A stretch of DNA of 64,000 nt from Octopus vulgaris (Eukaryota): the NCBI GenBank assembly GCA_951406725.2, contig OX597818.1, positions 16,988,001-17,052,000 on the forward strand, in the 5' to 3' direction. A program made the position numbers and the translations under genes. Below, in pieces: positions 13,540 to 27,030 of this stretch (its first letter is position 1; each line of letters begins with the position of its first letter). Below the pieces are notes generated by a model. That model was not told the origin of the DNA. It ran no database searches and saw only the letters and a program-made list of their open reading frames with translations.

Positions 13540-14717
13540 CAGGGTGGGACAGAGAGGACGGATGTTTATGAAAAATTCACAAAATCATTAATTTTAGCTG
13601 CAAACAAATTTCATTGACATCAATGTGTTCATATTGAATTAGCTTCCTTCAAATCATCCAATGTACGGGGCTTTGGGGCTTCCCCACAAAAAATAGTCAC
13701 ACATGGACAAATCAGGGGACCGAGGGGGCCAAGGAATGTCAGCAAACCAGGAAATGAGGCAATCACCAAAGAGAGGCTGAAGAATGTCCATTGATACTCT
13801 GGCTGTGTGGGCCGTCGCCTTATCTTGCTGAAACCACACACGTCGAATAGGCATACGTTTTTGTTGTAATTCAGGCACAAAGAAGTTGTTTATCATCTTG
13901 ATGTAATGCTCGAAATTCACAGTAATAGCATTTCCATTATTATCTTCAAAAAAGTAAGGACCAATGATGGCAGCTTTTGCAATAGCACACCAGAGCATCA
14001 CTTTTGAGCTATGCAGTTGTCTTTTGTGCAGTTCTATCAGATTTTCAAGAGCTCAATAACGACACTTCTGTTGATTCACCATGCCATTGAGATGAAAATG
14101 AACTTCATCACTCATTAACAAAATGAGGTTGTCATTTGCTCAAAAAACGCTTCCATCTGATGTGCAAAGTTAAGCTGTTGTGCGTAGTCCCATGGTTTCT
14201 ACTGTTGCCCAATGACCAATTTGTACAGGTGGAAATGCAGGTCTTCATGCAAAATACACCTTACCAATCGATTACCGATGCCAAGTCCAGTGGACTGCTT
14301 CCAAGCAGAGCCATCTGGACTCCATATCAAAGTTTGTCTTATGCGTTCCACATTTTCCAGGGTCTGAACCATTCGTGGCACCCCCACCAGTCTCCTATTC
14401 ACTAGTGTACCTCGTGCACGAAGTGAATTCACCCAATGTAAGATTGTGTTATGGGTGGGAACAGCCTGATTTTGGTGAATGTTGAAGTGGCACCAAAACT
14501 CATGCTGAACTGCTGTGACAGACTCGTTACTCTTCATGTAACTGTCATAGGCAAACATGCAATGCTCTATTGTCCACAGTACAATGGCTTCACCTGAAAA
14601 GACAAAAAAAAATGCTAAGACACCACAGACCAAATGGTACTTGTTGGATATATCTCCCTCCTCTCGGGGCTGAGTAATAGCCATTTCAAAAACGTCCGTC
14701 CTCTCTGTCCCACCCTG
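13540..14717 (-). mobile_element. Tc1/mariner DNA transposon, DD41D (rosa/Visitor-type), full-length TIRs, dead transposase
   Basis: TIR CAGGGTGGGACAGAGAGGACGGA.GTTT at both ends with TA on each side. WFQQD...WPPRSPDLSMCD has 41 residues between the second and third D by my count. Stops and frameshifts present. Confidence 0.9.
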
Positions 14718-14734
14718 TATATACAGTCCATATT

Positions 14735-15530
14735 GAATACTGCAATATAGCACAGGGAATAAGTAAGCAATGGTGTATATTTTATACACATTTGATCTTT
14801 GTAACAATAAGCAGTAAAATGTTCCTCTGGTGATAATTGTGGTTAAGCAACCAATTGAACTAGAAACACTCAATGCAGAGATTCAAAACAAGCACAACGG
14901 TGAAACATAAGGAACAAATGGTGTAAATTTTTCTATTGTAATTTCTCCTATATAAGCAAATTTCAAGGATATACTACCTGGGCAAGATACTGTATTAGCT
15001 ATCAATTAGGCTCCAGTTAATGGCTAACAGCAATGATCAATATTTAACGTGTGTGACTACAATTTGTTGCTAGTAATTCCATGAGTCCTTCCAATAGGTA
15101 ATTTTGTGTATGCTTCACTGGATGGTAAAAATTGTCTGGAGTATATAAAGAGTATGGAGACTTGTGCATCCACAAAATTTATTTTAGTTACATACAGCAT
15201 ATTATAATGACCTACGTGTGCAGGTCATTACAATACGCTGTATAAGATTATAAAATAAATTTCATGGATGTACAAGTCTCTATACTCTTTATTGTTAATA
15301 ATTATTGTGGGTGTGTGAGAGAGAGATTATATACGAGTTTATATTATGCCATGTGTTCTCTACACACATTTAACCACTGTGCTTATTTTGAATCTCTGCA
15401 TTGGGTGTTCGCAGTCCAATTGGATACTCAACCCCAGTTGTTCATCAGAGGAATACTCTATTGCATAATGTTACAGAGATCAAATGTGTATAAAATATAC
15501 AATCACTGCTTACTCCAGCACAAAACTGCA
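14735..15530. mobile_element. Old MITE/fold-back element with about 170-bp diverged inverted arms and a nested inner hairpin (15148-15290)
   Basis: 14735-14905 is an imperfect reverse complement of 15370-15530. Inner arms aagagtatggagacttgtgcatcca / tggatgtacaagtctctatactctt. Confidence 0.65.
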
Positions 15531-16228
15531 GTGTGCAAAACACACACACACAAAACTGAGTCTTGTACTTGCATGCATTTGTCCATGTGCATGTAGACAA
15601 ATGAAAAACAGTAAATCAGTATCATATGAATAAATAAACCCCACAATATATCATGCACCTTTTCTCACATCTGTGCACCCAAATGTATATACATTACTGT
15701 ATATATTTCACACACACATACACTATTCCCTAATGGTTCCGAAACTTATTGTCACAAAACCCTTATCTGATTTCCAAAATAATCACAGTACCCATACCTA
15801 TATTCTATGGACAACCGTCACCAATCTAGTTTTAATAAAAACATTAAATGAAACGAAAATTGTTTTAGAGAAATAATGAATTCACATAAAAATCATAGTT
15901 ATTAATTTAAAAGTGAATACAATTTCTTTTGATAAGAAGTTAAATTTTATTACGAGACACTGTTTCTCACAGAAACCTGGAACTTTTTCACATAACCCTA
16001 GGTTTTTGCAGAACCTGGTTTGAGAAACCTTACCGTATCTTTCTATAGATACACGAACACAGAACCACCACACCATAGATACAGTGTATCACACACAACT
16101 ATGTAACAAACACTACACTGTTCTACTAATATTATGCAAAACACATATACACAGAGCTATAACATGTCCCTGGAGTAATTAAATATGTTAATCTGACTTG
16201 AAATAGTGAGGAATAATAGAAAACTTAC

Positions 16229-16319
16229 TGAATGTGGCAGCTACAGTTGGTCTGTTTACAAGATTTGTAATTCTTATTAGCTTTCTCTATTAGTGTTATG
16301 TATTTCTGCCATTTATTAC
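16229..16319 (-). CDS. POGLUT1: POGLUT1 exon 2 (91 nt)
   Basis: ttttcag|GT AAT AAA TGG... reads (G)NKWQKYITLIEKANKNYKSCKQTNCSCHI, then CA|gtaagt. Matches the KW...Y..C....CSC N-terminal block of POGLUT1. Confidence 0.92.
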
Positions 16320-16819
16320 CTGAAAATAATCAGTTAAAAGCATGGTATCAAGTCAGAATCAAAAGAAATGAAATGGATGGTAGTAATGGTCAGAGTCAGC
16401 AACAGTTGGCTCAATGGAGAATTCCTATAAAGGTTTACTAAATTTATTTGCAGCAAAGAGGAAAGGTTCTAACAATTTGGGCCCTTGCCCTTCAGCTGAG
16501 AATGAAAAAGATAGAGAATGTGGTAGTTTTGTTTTGTTTGTAAAATATGGATTTATTAAATTATACTAACATCAGTTGGACAGGATTGCAATACATTTTA
16601 TGTATTCCAATCATGCATTACTTATTCAATGTTGTTCTCACCTCACTTCGGCTCAGATCAGAATTTACCAAGCCATTTTCACTACTTTCCCACATTAAGA
16701 AAATATCAGTTTGATGGCACTCAAAAAACAGAGTACATCAACAAAATATGTCCACTAGTGCTGAGTGATTCTCAAGTATGCTTTTATACACACACACACA
16801 CAGAGCAGAAGACCATAGG

Positions 16820-18060
16820 ATCATCATCATCATTTAACATCCATTTTCCATGCTAGCATGAACTGATTGGTTTACAGAAGATAGCAAGGCCAGGGGTCAC
16901 ACCAGGTTCCATAGTCAGTTTTAGCATGGTTTCTAAAGCTGAAGGTCCTTCCTAATGCCAACCACTTTACAGAATGCACCGGGTGCTTTTACATGGCACC
17001 AGCATCTTTTTCTGTGGAACCAGTAGGATATCAATTCTGCTGTGGTGGGCAAGTTTTCTTGAGTACAACAAGGCACCATATATCTCAGTTTTTTCCCTAC
17101 CTCCTTCATAAGGCTCTGCATTTTGAGACCAACCTTCAATACTTTGTTCTATATCTTTCTGGGTCTCCTTCTTTCAGAACTTCCCTCCACTTTAAGTGAT
17201 TGACACTTTATGCAACTATCTTCATCCACATGCATCACATGACCAAACCGGTGCAGTCTTCTCTCTTCCACACTGCATTTAATTCCTCTTATGTCTAACT
17301 TTTCCCTCAGTACACTAGTGATCTGTCACACATGTACACAAACATTGAACATCCTGCAGAGCATACCAGCTACATTCCGCTCTAGTCTTTGCTGGTCTTC
17401 CCATTCAGTGCCCACATTTCACTACCATGTAGCATTGCTTTTTGTAGACATACATCATACAATCTTCCTTTCTCTTGGAGAGAGAGAGAGAGACCTTTGG
17501 TTGCCAACATAGGTAAAAGCTCTCAACTTTCTCCATCCTTTTCTTATTATAGTAATCATACTTTCAGTACACCTTCCTCCACTAATTAGGATACCTAAGT
17601 AGCAGAAATTATCTACTAGTTCAAGAGAGCCTCCAGGACATTTGAGGAAATCAATTTCCAATGTATCTGCAGTCTTAATGACTCCTGTGCATCTCCCACA
17701 AACAAATATTAATTTCTGTGTTAACCTTCCTATTATTCCACTGCACCTCTTATGTGTCCATAGCCTGCACTAGATACACTGAATGGAATTCCTGCCAACA
17801 CTTTTCCTACATATCAAGCAGGACCATTTACCAGAAGGCAGTAGGGACCTGTCTGATTTCTTGCTTACTAGGACCTTGGTCTTGATAAGTTAACTTTCAG
17901 ATCCTTTGATTCCAGGTTTTGATTGCACACCTAGAATTTCTAGTTGTTACAGATTCTGTTGTGGGGCAAGATCATCAGCATATAGTAGCTGAGGGGGCTG
18001 AGGCCCAAGCCTTGATGAACTATAAATTCATCACTGTATTCATGGCTAAATCTTGAACTG
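16820..18060 (-). mobile_element. Degenerate copy of the same RTE LINE
   Basis: Fragments such as LELVDNFCYLG and HQGLGLSPL, the same 3' UTR and the CAT-repeat tail; many stops. Confidence 0.8.
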
Positions 18061-19421
18061 AAAACCACTTCTAGTAAAGTATCACATCTCACCAAACCAA
18101 GCCTATTTAGTTGGTTTCCATTTCTAGTGTCTTCAATCACAATATACCCTGTTACACAGTACCCCATACAGCTAAACATGAGATAATGAGCCAGTAACAG
18201 AAGCTTACATGGTCACTCATCTTTCTAGAAATAGCAGCCAAATCTCCCTCAAAACTTAAGGGAATGACAATGTAGTTTTCCATCCCTCCAAATAAACAGA
18301 ATGGTCATAATTGGAATACCTTCAATCATAGCTCTGCTTCATCAGGGTTGATGAGTTACCAAAAATGACATGTAGTATAGTCCCAAAGCAAACTGATAAG
18401 CCCTAGACCATTGGGATCGAAGCTCATTTGAACGGACTCAACAAATTCTTTACAAGAATAGTTTAAAGTAAACAGATTAAGATAAACCCTTTGTTTAGGT
18501 ACAAAATTGTTCTTAAAGTCTGTCAGTCACCTGTATGTTTTCATCATCTGTTTACATTCACCTATCTCGTGTTAGAAAAAGACTCTTTGAAGTATTATTA
18601 TACACTCAGCCCTTCTTGATGGCAAGCATTGTTTTCCAAAAAGGTACTGTTTCACATTTGCACACATCGAACCACAAGGCCTTTTCTTCATGCAAAATGT
18701 AATATCATAACTGCCCAAGCAATATCAATAGAAAGACAAGTACACACTCATACATGTTGGGCTTCTTGTATGACTCACAAGGGATTGGTCAACATGAGGC
18801 TATAGCAGCAGATACAGCCTAAGGTACCATATAGTGAGATTGAACCTGAAACCACTAAGTTGTAAAACTGACTTCTAAGCCACACATCAATACCTGCACC
18901 TATCGTGTTATTTTAATTACTGCAATAGCACCTCAAGAGTTATACATTAAATGTTTTCCCCATTGTCACACTCTCCAATTTAATAAATATTTGTCCAACA
19001 CCAACTTCCATTAAAATGCTGATATCACAAAACAAATCTCATTAAGTAAAAAGAAAAGTTTAGAACAACTGTATGAAATGCAAATGCATTAGACTAACGA
19101 GGAATTAAGAGCACTTGACCTGCCAGTAATTACAGCAATGAAATCTAAAAACCAATCTGTAAAGTCTAATAAAGAGCAAGAGTATGTTACACACTGGTTA
19201 GATGAATGCAACATATTGAAGTATTATTTCACAACTAGATGGCCTTACTTGTCTTTCAGTAACAGATCTCCTATTCCACACATCGATACACACACACACA
19301 TACATATATTTATATGTACACATGCATAGGAGATGACAAAGGACTGAGATTTCTGGTGCCTTGCTCTACTCAAGAAGACCCATTCTCTACAACAGTAGTG
19401 TTAATGCTGCTCAAACTGATG

Positions 19422-20833
19422 AAGTTGATTACATCAACTCCCAGTGTTCAACAGGTACTTATTTTATCGATTCTGAAAGGATGAAAGGCAAAGCCGACTC
19501 AGGTGGAATTTGAACTCAGAACACGAAGACAGACGAAATGCTCCTAAGCATTTTGCCCAGTGCCATACTAAAAGCACTCAGCACACACTGTAAAGTGGTT
19601 GGCATTAGAAAGGGCATCCAGCCATAGAAAGCAAGCCAAGTCAGACTGGAACCTGGTGCAGTTCACCTGCTTCCCAGCTCTGGTCAAACTATCCAACCTA
19701 TGCCAGCATGGAAAAATGGATGTTAAAGGATGATGGTGATAATGACACACACACAGCAGGGTTCATACAGTTTCCATCAACCAAATTCCCTCACAAAGCA
19801 TTGGTTGGCTCAGAACTATAGTGGATACACTTGACCAAACTGATGTACAGTGGTACTGAACCTGAAAACACAGGTGGGAACAGTTAATCATAACCACCCT
19901 AGTTCTTGACTGGTATTATATTTTATTGAACTCGGAAGGAAGAAAGGCAAAGTTGATCCTGACAGAATATCAACTCAGAACACTATGAGTTGAAATAAAT
20001 TCCATAAAAATATTGGTTTCAAATTTTGGCACAACACCACTAATTTAAAGCGGGCTAAGTTGATTACATCAACTCCCAGTGTTCAACAGGTACTTATTTT
20101 ATCGATTCTGAAAGGATGAAAGGCAAAGCCGACTCAGGTGGAATTTGAACTCAGAACACGAAGACAGACGAAATGCTCCTAAGCATTTTGCCCAGTGCCA
20201 TACTAAAAGCACTCAGCACACACTGTAAAGTGGTTGGCATTAGAAAGGGCATCCAGCCATAGAAAGCAAGCCAAGTCAGACTGGAACCTGGTGCAGTTCA
20301 CCTGCTTCCCAGCTCTGGTCAAACTATCCAACCTATGCCAGCATGGAAAAATGGATGTTAAAGGATGATGGTGATAATGACACACACACAGCAGGGTTCA
20401 TACAGTTTCCATCAACCAAATTCCCTCACAAAGCATTGGTTGGCTCAGAACTATAGTGGATACACTTGACCAAACTGATGTACAGTGGTACTGAACCTGA
20501 AAACACAGGTGGGAACAGTTAATCATAACCACCCTACTTCTTGACTGGTATTATATTTTATTGAACTCGGAAGGAAGAAAGGCAAAGTTGATCCTGACAG
20601 AATATCAACTCAGAACACTAAGAGTTGAAATAAATTACATAAAAATATTGGTTTCAAATTTTGGCACAACACCACCAATTTAAAGCGGGCCAAGTTGATT
20701 ACATCAACTCCCAGTGTTCAACAGGTACTTATTTTATCGATTCCGAAAGGATGAAAGGCAAAGCCGACTCAGGTGGAATTTGAACTCAGAACACAAAGAC
20801 AGACGAAATGCTCCTAAGCATTTTGCCCAGTGC
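19422..20833. repeat. 635-bp near-identical tandem duplication (about 2.2 copies) made of SINE pieces
   Basis: AAGTTGATTACATCAACTCCC starts at 19422, 20057 and 20692; identical ORFs at 19568 and 20203. Confidence 0.95.
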
Positions 20834-23659
20834 ACTAACAATTCTACCAGCTTGCCACCTTAATTTACATAAAACTATTACAATATCATCAAGTTAACAC
20901 AAAGCTCACTGCTTCATTGATAGGTGTATTATTAGACAACTCACCATGCCTCTCATTCTCATTCTCTCTCTCTCACATGCTATACCTATCACTTATTTGG
21001 TATTGTTTTTTATTAAATATCAAAGAGCCTCCCTGGTCAAGTAAACAATATTGCTATCTTTTTTATCTTCTACGTGTTTCAGTCACTGGACTGAAGCCAT
21101 GTTGGTGTACCTCCTTGAAGGGCTTTTAGTCAAATTAATTGACCCCAGTTTTTTATTTTTGTTTGTTTTAAAGAGCCTGATCATTACCAGCATCACGTCA
21201 CTGGCACTTGTGCCAGTAGCATGTGAAAAAACATTTGAGCAAGGTCCTTGCCAGTGCCTCTGGACTGGCTCCTGTGCAGGTGGCATGTAAAAAACACCAT
21301 TTGAGCGTAGCCGTTGTCAGTACTGCTTGACTGGCCCTCGTGCCGGTGGAACATAAAAGCACCCACTACACTCTCAGAGTGGTTGGCGTTAAGAAGGGCA
21401 TCCAGCTGTAGAAACTCTGCCAGATCAGATTGAAGCCTGGTGCAGCCATCTGGTTCACCAGTCCTCAGTCAAATCATCCAACCCATGCTAGCATGGAAAG
21501 CGGACGTTAAATGATGATGATGATGTATATATATATATATATATATATAAAAGAAAATAAATAAGTATTAAATCTATTTCTACTAAGATTCGCTAAAACA
21601 GTAAAAAGGATGAGAGAGAACAGGTGATACATAAATAAAATAAAAACAAAAGAAACATCCATAATTAAAAGGTAATGATCCCATTTCACTCCCACCATAC
21701 TCAAACACACAAATCTCAGTGGGAACTGAACATTAACATTTGTTGACTATAATGAGACAATATGTTAGAATAATTCATAAGTAAACACCAAGGTAATCCC
21801 TCAATTCCTTTTGTTGACAAAGTAGGAAGTATATTTGACCCTGTTTAAAAACTAAACTGGCACAGTCACCTCCTCCTCACTAATCAAAATGTTTATTCTG
21901 AGCCAATAAGAGCACACCCATAATATCCAACAATCAGGGACATAGCTAAGATCTACCTTGATTATAGCTGTAGACTTCATTCTTTAGTTACCATATTCCT
22001 GTTAAAATATTCTACCCCCAGCCTTTTTATTTTTTTTTTAATTTTGAAAAATAATGAAGAATTTAGTGAAACAACTGGGTTAGGGTTAGGGTTCATTGTT
22101 AAATCTGGTAGCAAGCTGGCAGAATCATTACTGTGCTAGACAAAATGCTTAGCTAGCATTCCTTCCAACTTTATGTTCTGAGTTCAAATGCCACTGAGGT
22201 TGACTTTACCATTTGTCTCTTTTGGTGTCACTAAAATTAGTAGCAGCTGAAAACTGGTGTCAATGTAATAGACTTGTATCCTCCCCTGAACTTGCTGGCC
22301 TTGTGCCAAAATTTGAAATTAAATTTGGTGATTAGGCGATGAGGTGGCAGAATTGTTAGTGCACTAGACAAAATGCTTAGTGGTATTTCATCCATCTTTA
22401 CATTCTGAGTTCAAATTCTGCCAAGTTTGACTTTACCTTTCATCCTTTAAGGGTCGATAAAAAGAGTATTAGTTGGGCCCTAGACTCACTGTAATCAGCT
22501 AGACCCCGACCAGCTCAAATTCCAGGCCTTGCACCTATTGTAGAAAGGATTATAAAACCTGGTGTTTAGAACATAAATTAACATGACACTTTGATAGATT
22601 TAAATTTCGATCACCTCAAAGCAGTAATGAGATGACAGAGGACTGAGGTATGTGGAACACTGCTGTACTCAAAAGGACCTGCACACCACAACAAAATTGA
22701 GATCTTAAAACCAAGGTTTCATGTAAAAAAGCGCTGGCGAAGGTGACCCGCAAAAATGCGCTGGCGACAGTGACATGCAAAAAAGTGCTTGCAACGGTGA
22801 CACGCAAAAAAGTGCTGGCAACAGTGACACACAAAAAAGCACTGGTGTTGGTGCCACATAAAAAGCGCTGGTGCCACATAAAAAGTGTTGGTGCTGGTGC
22901 CACATAAAAAGCACCCAGTACACACTGTAAAGTGTTTAGCATTAGGAAGGGCATCAAGCTGAAGGAAGCAAGCCAAAACAGACTATGGAACTTAGTGTGG
23001 TCCCTGGCTTTGCCAGTTCCTGTCAAGCCATACAACCCATGCTGACATAGAAAATGGACGTAAATGATGTTGATGATGTATCATAGGACCAAGGGCAGTC
23101 TCAAGCAAGTTCATATCAAAAGGGTTACATTTCATATAATTCTTATCATATTTAAGTTAACCAAAATGAAAGGTAGCACAACTAACCCTTAGCAAGCCCA
23201 CTCTCTGAATGGTAAAATTGATGATCTGACATGATGCCTAGCAGCTTGACCATCAGCAGAAAAACATATGGAATATGTTTACAACAAAATGAACTCTGTT
23301 GAAGGTACCCAAAGATCAGATAATGATGACAAATTACAAGTTTTGTTAGTATCAAGTATGGTTAGGTAGACCAATAAAAGAAGGTATGTATTATAACGAT
23401 GACTTTTGGGTTTAACCCTTTAGCATTCAAACCAGCCACATCCAGCCAAATTATTTAATCTCTTATGTTGAAACTGGTCAGATCCAGCTTATCACCTCAA
23501 TACAACAATGTCATTTGAAGACTAAACAATCACATCATTGGAATCTCAAAGCTATGACATGATGCAGGATTAATTCAAAACAATATAAATAAACAAACAT
23601 TATTTTTGACAGAATAATCTGAATATTAAAGGGTTAATAAGTATATAGCAATGCTGTCC

Positions 23660-23910
23660 AAAACTGCAGCTCCCTGGGATAATAGCCAACACACACAGGC
23701 AAGGAAATCAAGGTTAATGGATCAGATACTGTTATCAAGAATCATCAAGAAAAGATAGGTCCCCTAATTGGCATCAGTCCCAACAGAAGATAATGTATTT
23801 TGAAAAGAGTGGCAGAAATTATCCAAATATAAAGATCTGGAAATAAAGACAACCTGAATGTGGGGCCAGAAAGCAGAAACAATCCCCGTAATAGTTGCTT
23901 TGGGAATGAT
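23660..23910 (+). mobile_element. Degenerate RLE-type (R4/Dong/NeSL-like) LINE endonuclease fragment
   Basis: Reads across stops as HT.KEIK.N..DTVIKNHQEK...VPTEDNV...KYKDLEI...MWG.KAETIPVIV.LGM, matching the PD..D restriction-like endonuclease C-terminus. Confidence 0.65.
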
Positions 23911-24411
23911 ATTTTCTATGGCCAGATGCCCTTCCTTTTGCCAACCCGCACCTGTTTCTAAACAAGGTGATATTTCCCTGTAGCCAGACATGTCGCAGAA
24001 TATTGGAAATAAATGACTACTTGTATGACCATCATTTACAACTAACAATCGATCTCAAGAAAAGGAGACTCATTCATACAATGGGCTTCTACCAAATCCA
24101 CTCATAAGGCTTTGGTCAATCTGGGACTATAGAAGACACCTGCCCTAAGTACCATGACTAAACCCAGAATCATGTGGTTGAGAAGCAAACCTCTCAACTA
24201 CATAGTCATACCGGTGCCTATTATATAACCAAAATTCAAAGACTTATTAATAACCATAAAACACAGAAGATAGTGTTACTAGACCTTGTACATATATTAG
24301 ATGGAGCGCTTTCCAAACTGTAAAAATAAAACCAAGATGAAACACTGTAATACCAAAAGCACACAGAGCTGTGTTTGGTTGCAGTGAGAGCATGCAAAAA
24401 ATTAAAAAAAA

Positions 24412-24569
24412 GTGTGGTAAGTAGCTTGCCTACCAACCACATGGTTCTGAGTTCAGTCCCACTGCGTGGCATCTTGGGCAAGTGTCTTCTGCTATAGCCT
24501 CGGGCCGACCAATGCCTTGTGAGTGGATTTGGTAGACGGAAACTGAAAGAAGCCTGTCGTATATATATG

Positions 24570-24601
<32 letters not shown>

Positions 24602-24815
24602 TGTGTATGTATATGTTTGTGTGTCTGTTGCTTGACAACCGATGCTGGTGTGTTTACGTCCCCGTCACTTAGCGGTTCGGCAAAAGAGATCGATAGAATA
24701 AGTACTGGGCTTACAAAGAATAAGTCCCGGGGTCGATTTGCTCGACTAAAGGCGGTGCTCCAGCATGGCCGCAGTCAAATGAATGAAACAAGTAAAAGAG
24801 TAAAGAGTAAAAGAG
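24412..24815 (+). mobile_element. tRNA-derived SINE with internal microsatellite and CR1/L2-like tail (other copies about 32510-32895, 37850-38010, 55470-55625, 56115-56275)
   Basis: GTGTGGTAAG..GTTCAGTCCC head, TTGGGCAAGTGTCTTCT core, GGCGGTGCTCCAGCATGGCC..TGAAAC tail. Confidence 0.85.
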
Positions 24816-25584
24816 AATAATAATGATTTCTGAAGAACATAAATCATGTTAATCAGCAGTTTTTGTAGCATTACCATTTATAAAGGAGCGTATGTCATGA
24901 AAATGTTTGAACAAATTACATAAGAAATATGTGTTTGTGTACACACACCACCACCACCCTGCAAAACATGACTCCTCATGTAAACTGACAGGGATAGAGT
25001 ATTACATTTTTGAGTTACTTCATGTTGTGATTATTGTGACAAGTAATGTTTACACTTACTTTCAGATTAGTGCATTCAGATATGTATGTATATACAAAGG
25101 CAAGGATGTCCTCAGCAAGCAAGAAATTTATTTGACTTTTACGGATAGGGATTGTCAACATGTAAAAATTACAAAATAGTTAAATGTTAAAATGATGATT
25201 TTTTTAATGGGCGGGGGCGGGGTGTGTGTGTGTCACAAGATCAACATTTGTAGAGGGATGGGGGGTTGTATAGACGAAAGAATCCATCCAGTACATGAAG
25301 AGGGTACATATTCCATTGACCCTCAAAATGGAGTTGATTCTGAGGTGACTACAAACAGACAAAACTGGATACTTAAACATCTTCAGTCTAATTCTGTACC
25401 ATTACTAACAGATTATTGATTTGTACAGAAATGGCTGGAATGCAGTGGCAAGAAGTTTGCTTCCCAACCACATGGCTCCAGATTCGGTTCCACCTTGGGA
25501 AATTGTCTTCTACTATAGCCTCAAGCAAACCAAAGTCTTGTGAGTGGAAGATGGGGAAAATGAAAAGAAACCCATTACATACAC

Positions 25585-26409
25585 ATGAGGTCTGATCAAT
25601 AAGTATACGGACTGGTGCCATAGTAATGAAGCTAAAGCAGGTAGAGTGAAGCCACTTAGTACAGATTGACCTTGGACTCTGCTGTGCATGTACACTAAGT
25701 TTTAACAGTCTAGCTCACTTCTGCTGTTTACAGCAGTGCTTGGAAGGAAGATGTGTAGTGTGTGATCACTGCATTGACCATGACAGAGAAGGTTGTCATT
25801 ATGATACCTGCTCAGAGGCCTGCACAAAGATGCAGAGAGTGTGTGGAGTGTATGAGTGATTCAGATGTTTCCAAAATGGCCATAAAAATGTCGATAGGGA
25901 GGAACGTTAGAAAAACATTGCAGATGTGTGTGCAGCTATGAGGGGAAATCACTGTATTTTCATCTGTGAGTTATCAGAGGATGTGCAGATTATGGTTCTG
26001 TTCAGACCATTATCACTGAACATTTGGCTATGTAACACGCATCTGCCAAGTTTGTACCAAAACTGCTTTCAGCTGACCAAAAAGACACTCAGGTTTCAGT
26101 TGCACAAGATGTCCTTGATTGTGTTGGGAATGATGAAAATTTTTTGAAAACTTTGCATAGGCCTCTGAGCAGGTATCGCCAAGCTTTTGGCAAAATTTGA
26201 TGCAGATTCTCTGCTCAGCTTCCTCTGTCATGGTCAATGCGATGATCACATGCTACAACATTCCTTTCAAGCACTGCTGTAAACAGTGGAAGTTTGTTAA
26301 AACTTAGTGCACCTGCACAACAGAGTTCAAGTTCAATCTGCCAAGCAGCTTCACTCTACATGCTTGTAGCTTCTATTACTATGGCAATAATCTGGATACT
26401 TATTGATCA
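25585..26409. mobile_element. Mariner-derived element built from two inverted 5' ends
   Basis: TIR-like gaggtctgatcaataagtat / atacttattgatca. Both arms carry the start of a mariner HTH (MTEEAEQRICIKFCQKLGDTCSEAY). Confidence 0.7.
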
Positions 26410-27030
26410 TATAACCTGTGGAAGAGGCAGACCCAGGAAAACCTGGGACGAGGTGGTGAAGCACGACCTTCGAACTTTAGGTCTCACTGAGGAAATGACT
26501 AGAGACCGAGACTTTTGGAAGTATGCTGTGCGTGAGAAGACCCAGCAGGACAAGTGAGACCATAACCCGTGGCCTCTACATGGGATGTAGCCAGTCCACT
26601 TATGCATACCTTTCCTTCTTGGGACACAAAACTCTACTTGTGAAGACCTGTTGAGGCAAGTGAAAATCCAAAATCAAAATCGATCAACTTCAATGGAAAT
26701 TGCAGCTGTGATACCAGTGCCAGTGGTACGTAAGAGAACCATCCGAATGTGGCCGTTGCCAGTGCCGCCCCGACAGGCCTCGTGCTGGTGGCACGTAAAA
26801 AGCACCATCCGATCATGGCCATTGCCAGCCTCGTCTGGCACCTGTGCCAGTGGCACGTAAAAAGGACTCACTACACTCACAGAGTGGTTGGCGTTAGGAA
26901 GGGCATCCAGCCGTAGAAACATTGCCAGATCTGACTGGGCCTGGTACAGCCTTCTGGCTTCCCAGACCCCAGTTGAACCGTCCAACCCATGCTAGCATGG
27001 AAAGCCGATGCTAAATGATGATGATGATGA
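26410..27030 (+). mobile_element. RTE LINE 3' end
   Basis: TCGRGRPRKTWDEVVKHDLRTLGLTEEMTRDRD, near-identical to the 8.8-kb copy; ends in (GAT)n then (TA)n. Confidence 0.9.

Noticed and set aside
22075-22095. Telomere or chromosome-fusion scar
   Set aside because: Only about three TTAGGG units, inside a MITE-like repeat.
22730-22915. CRISPR-like short repeats (also 55614-55850)
   Set aside because: Eukaryotic DNA, no unique spacers and no cas genes; these are slippage expansions of LINE/SINE segments.
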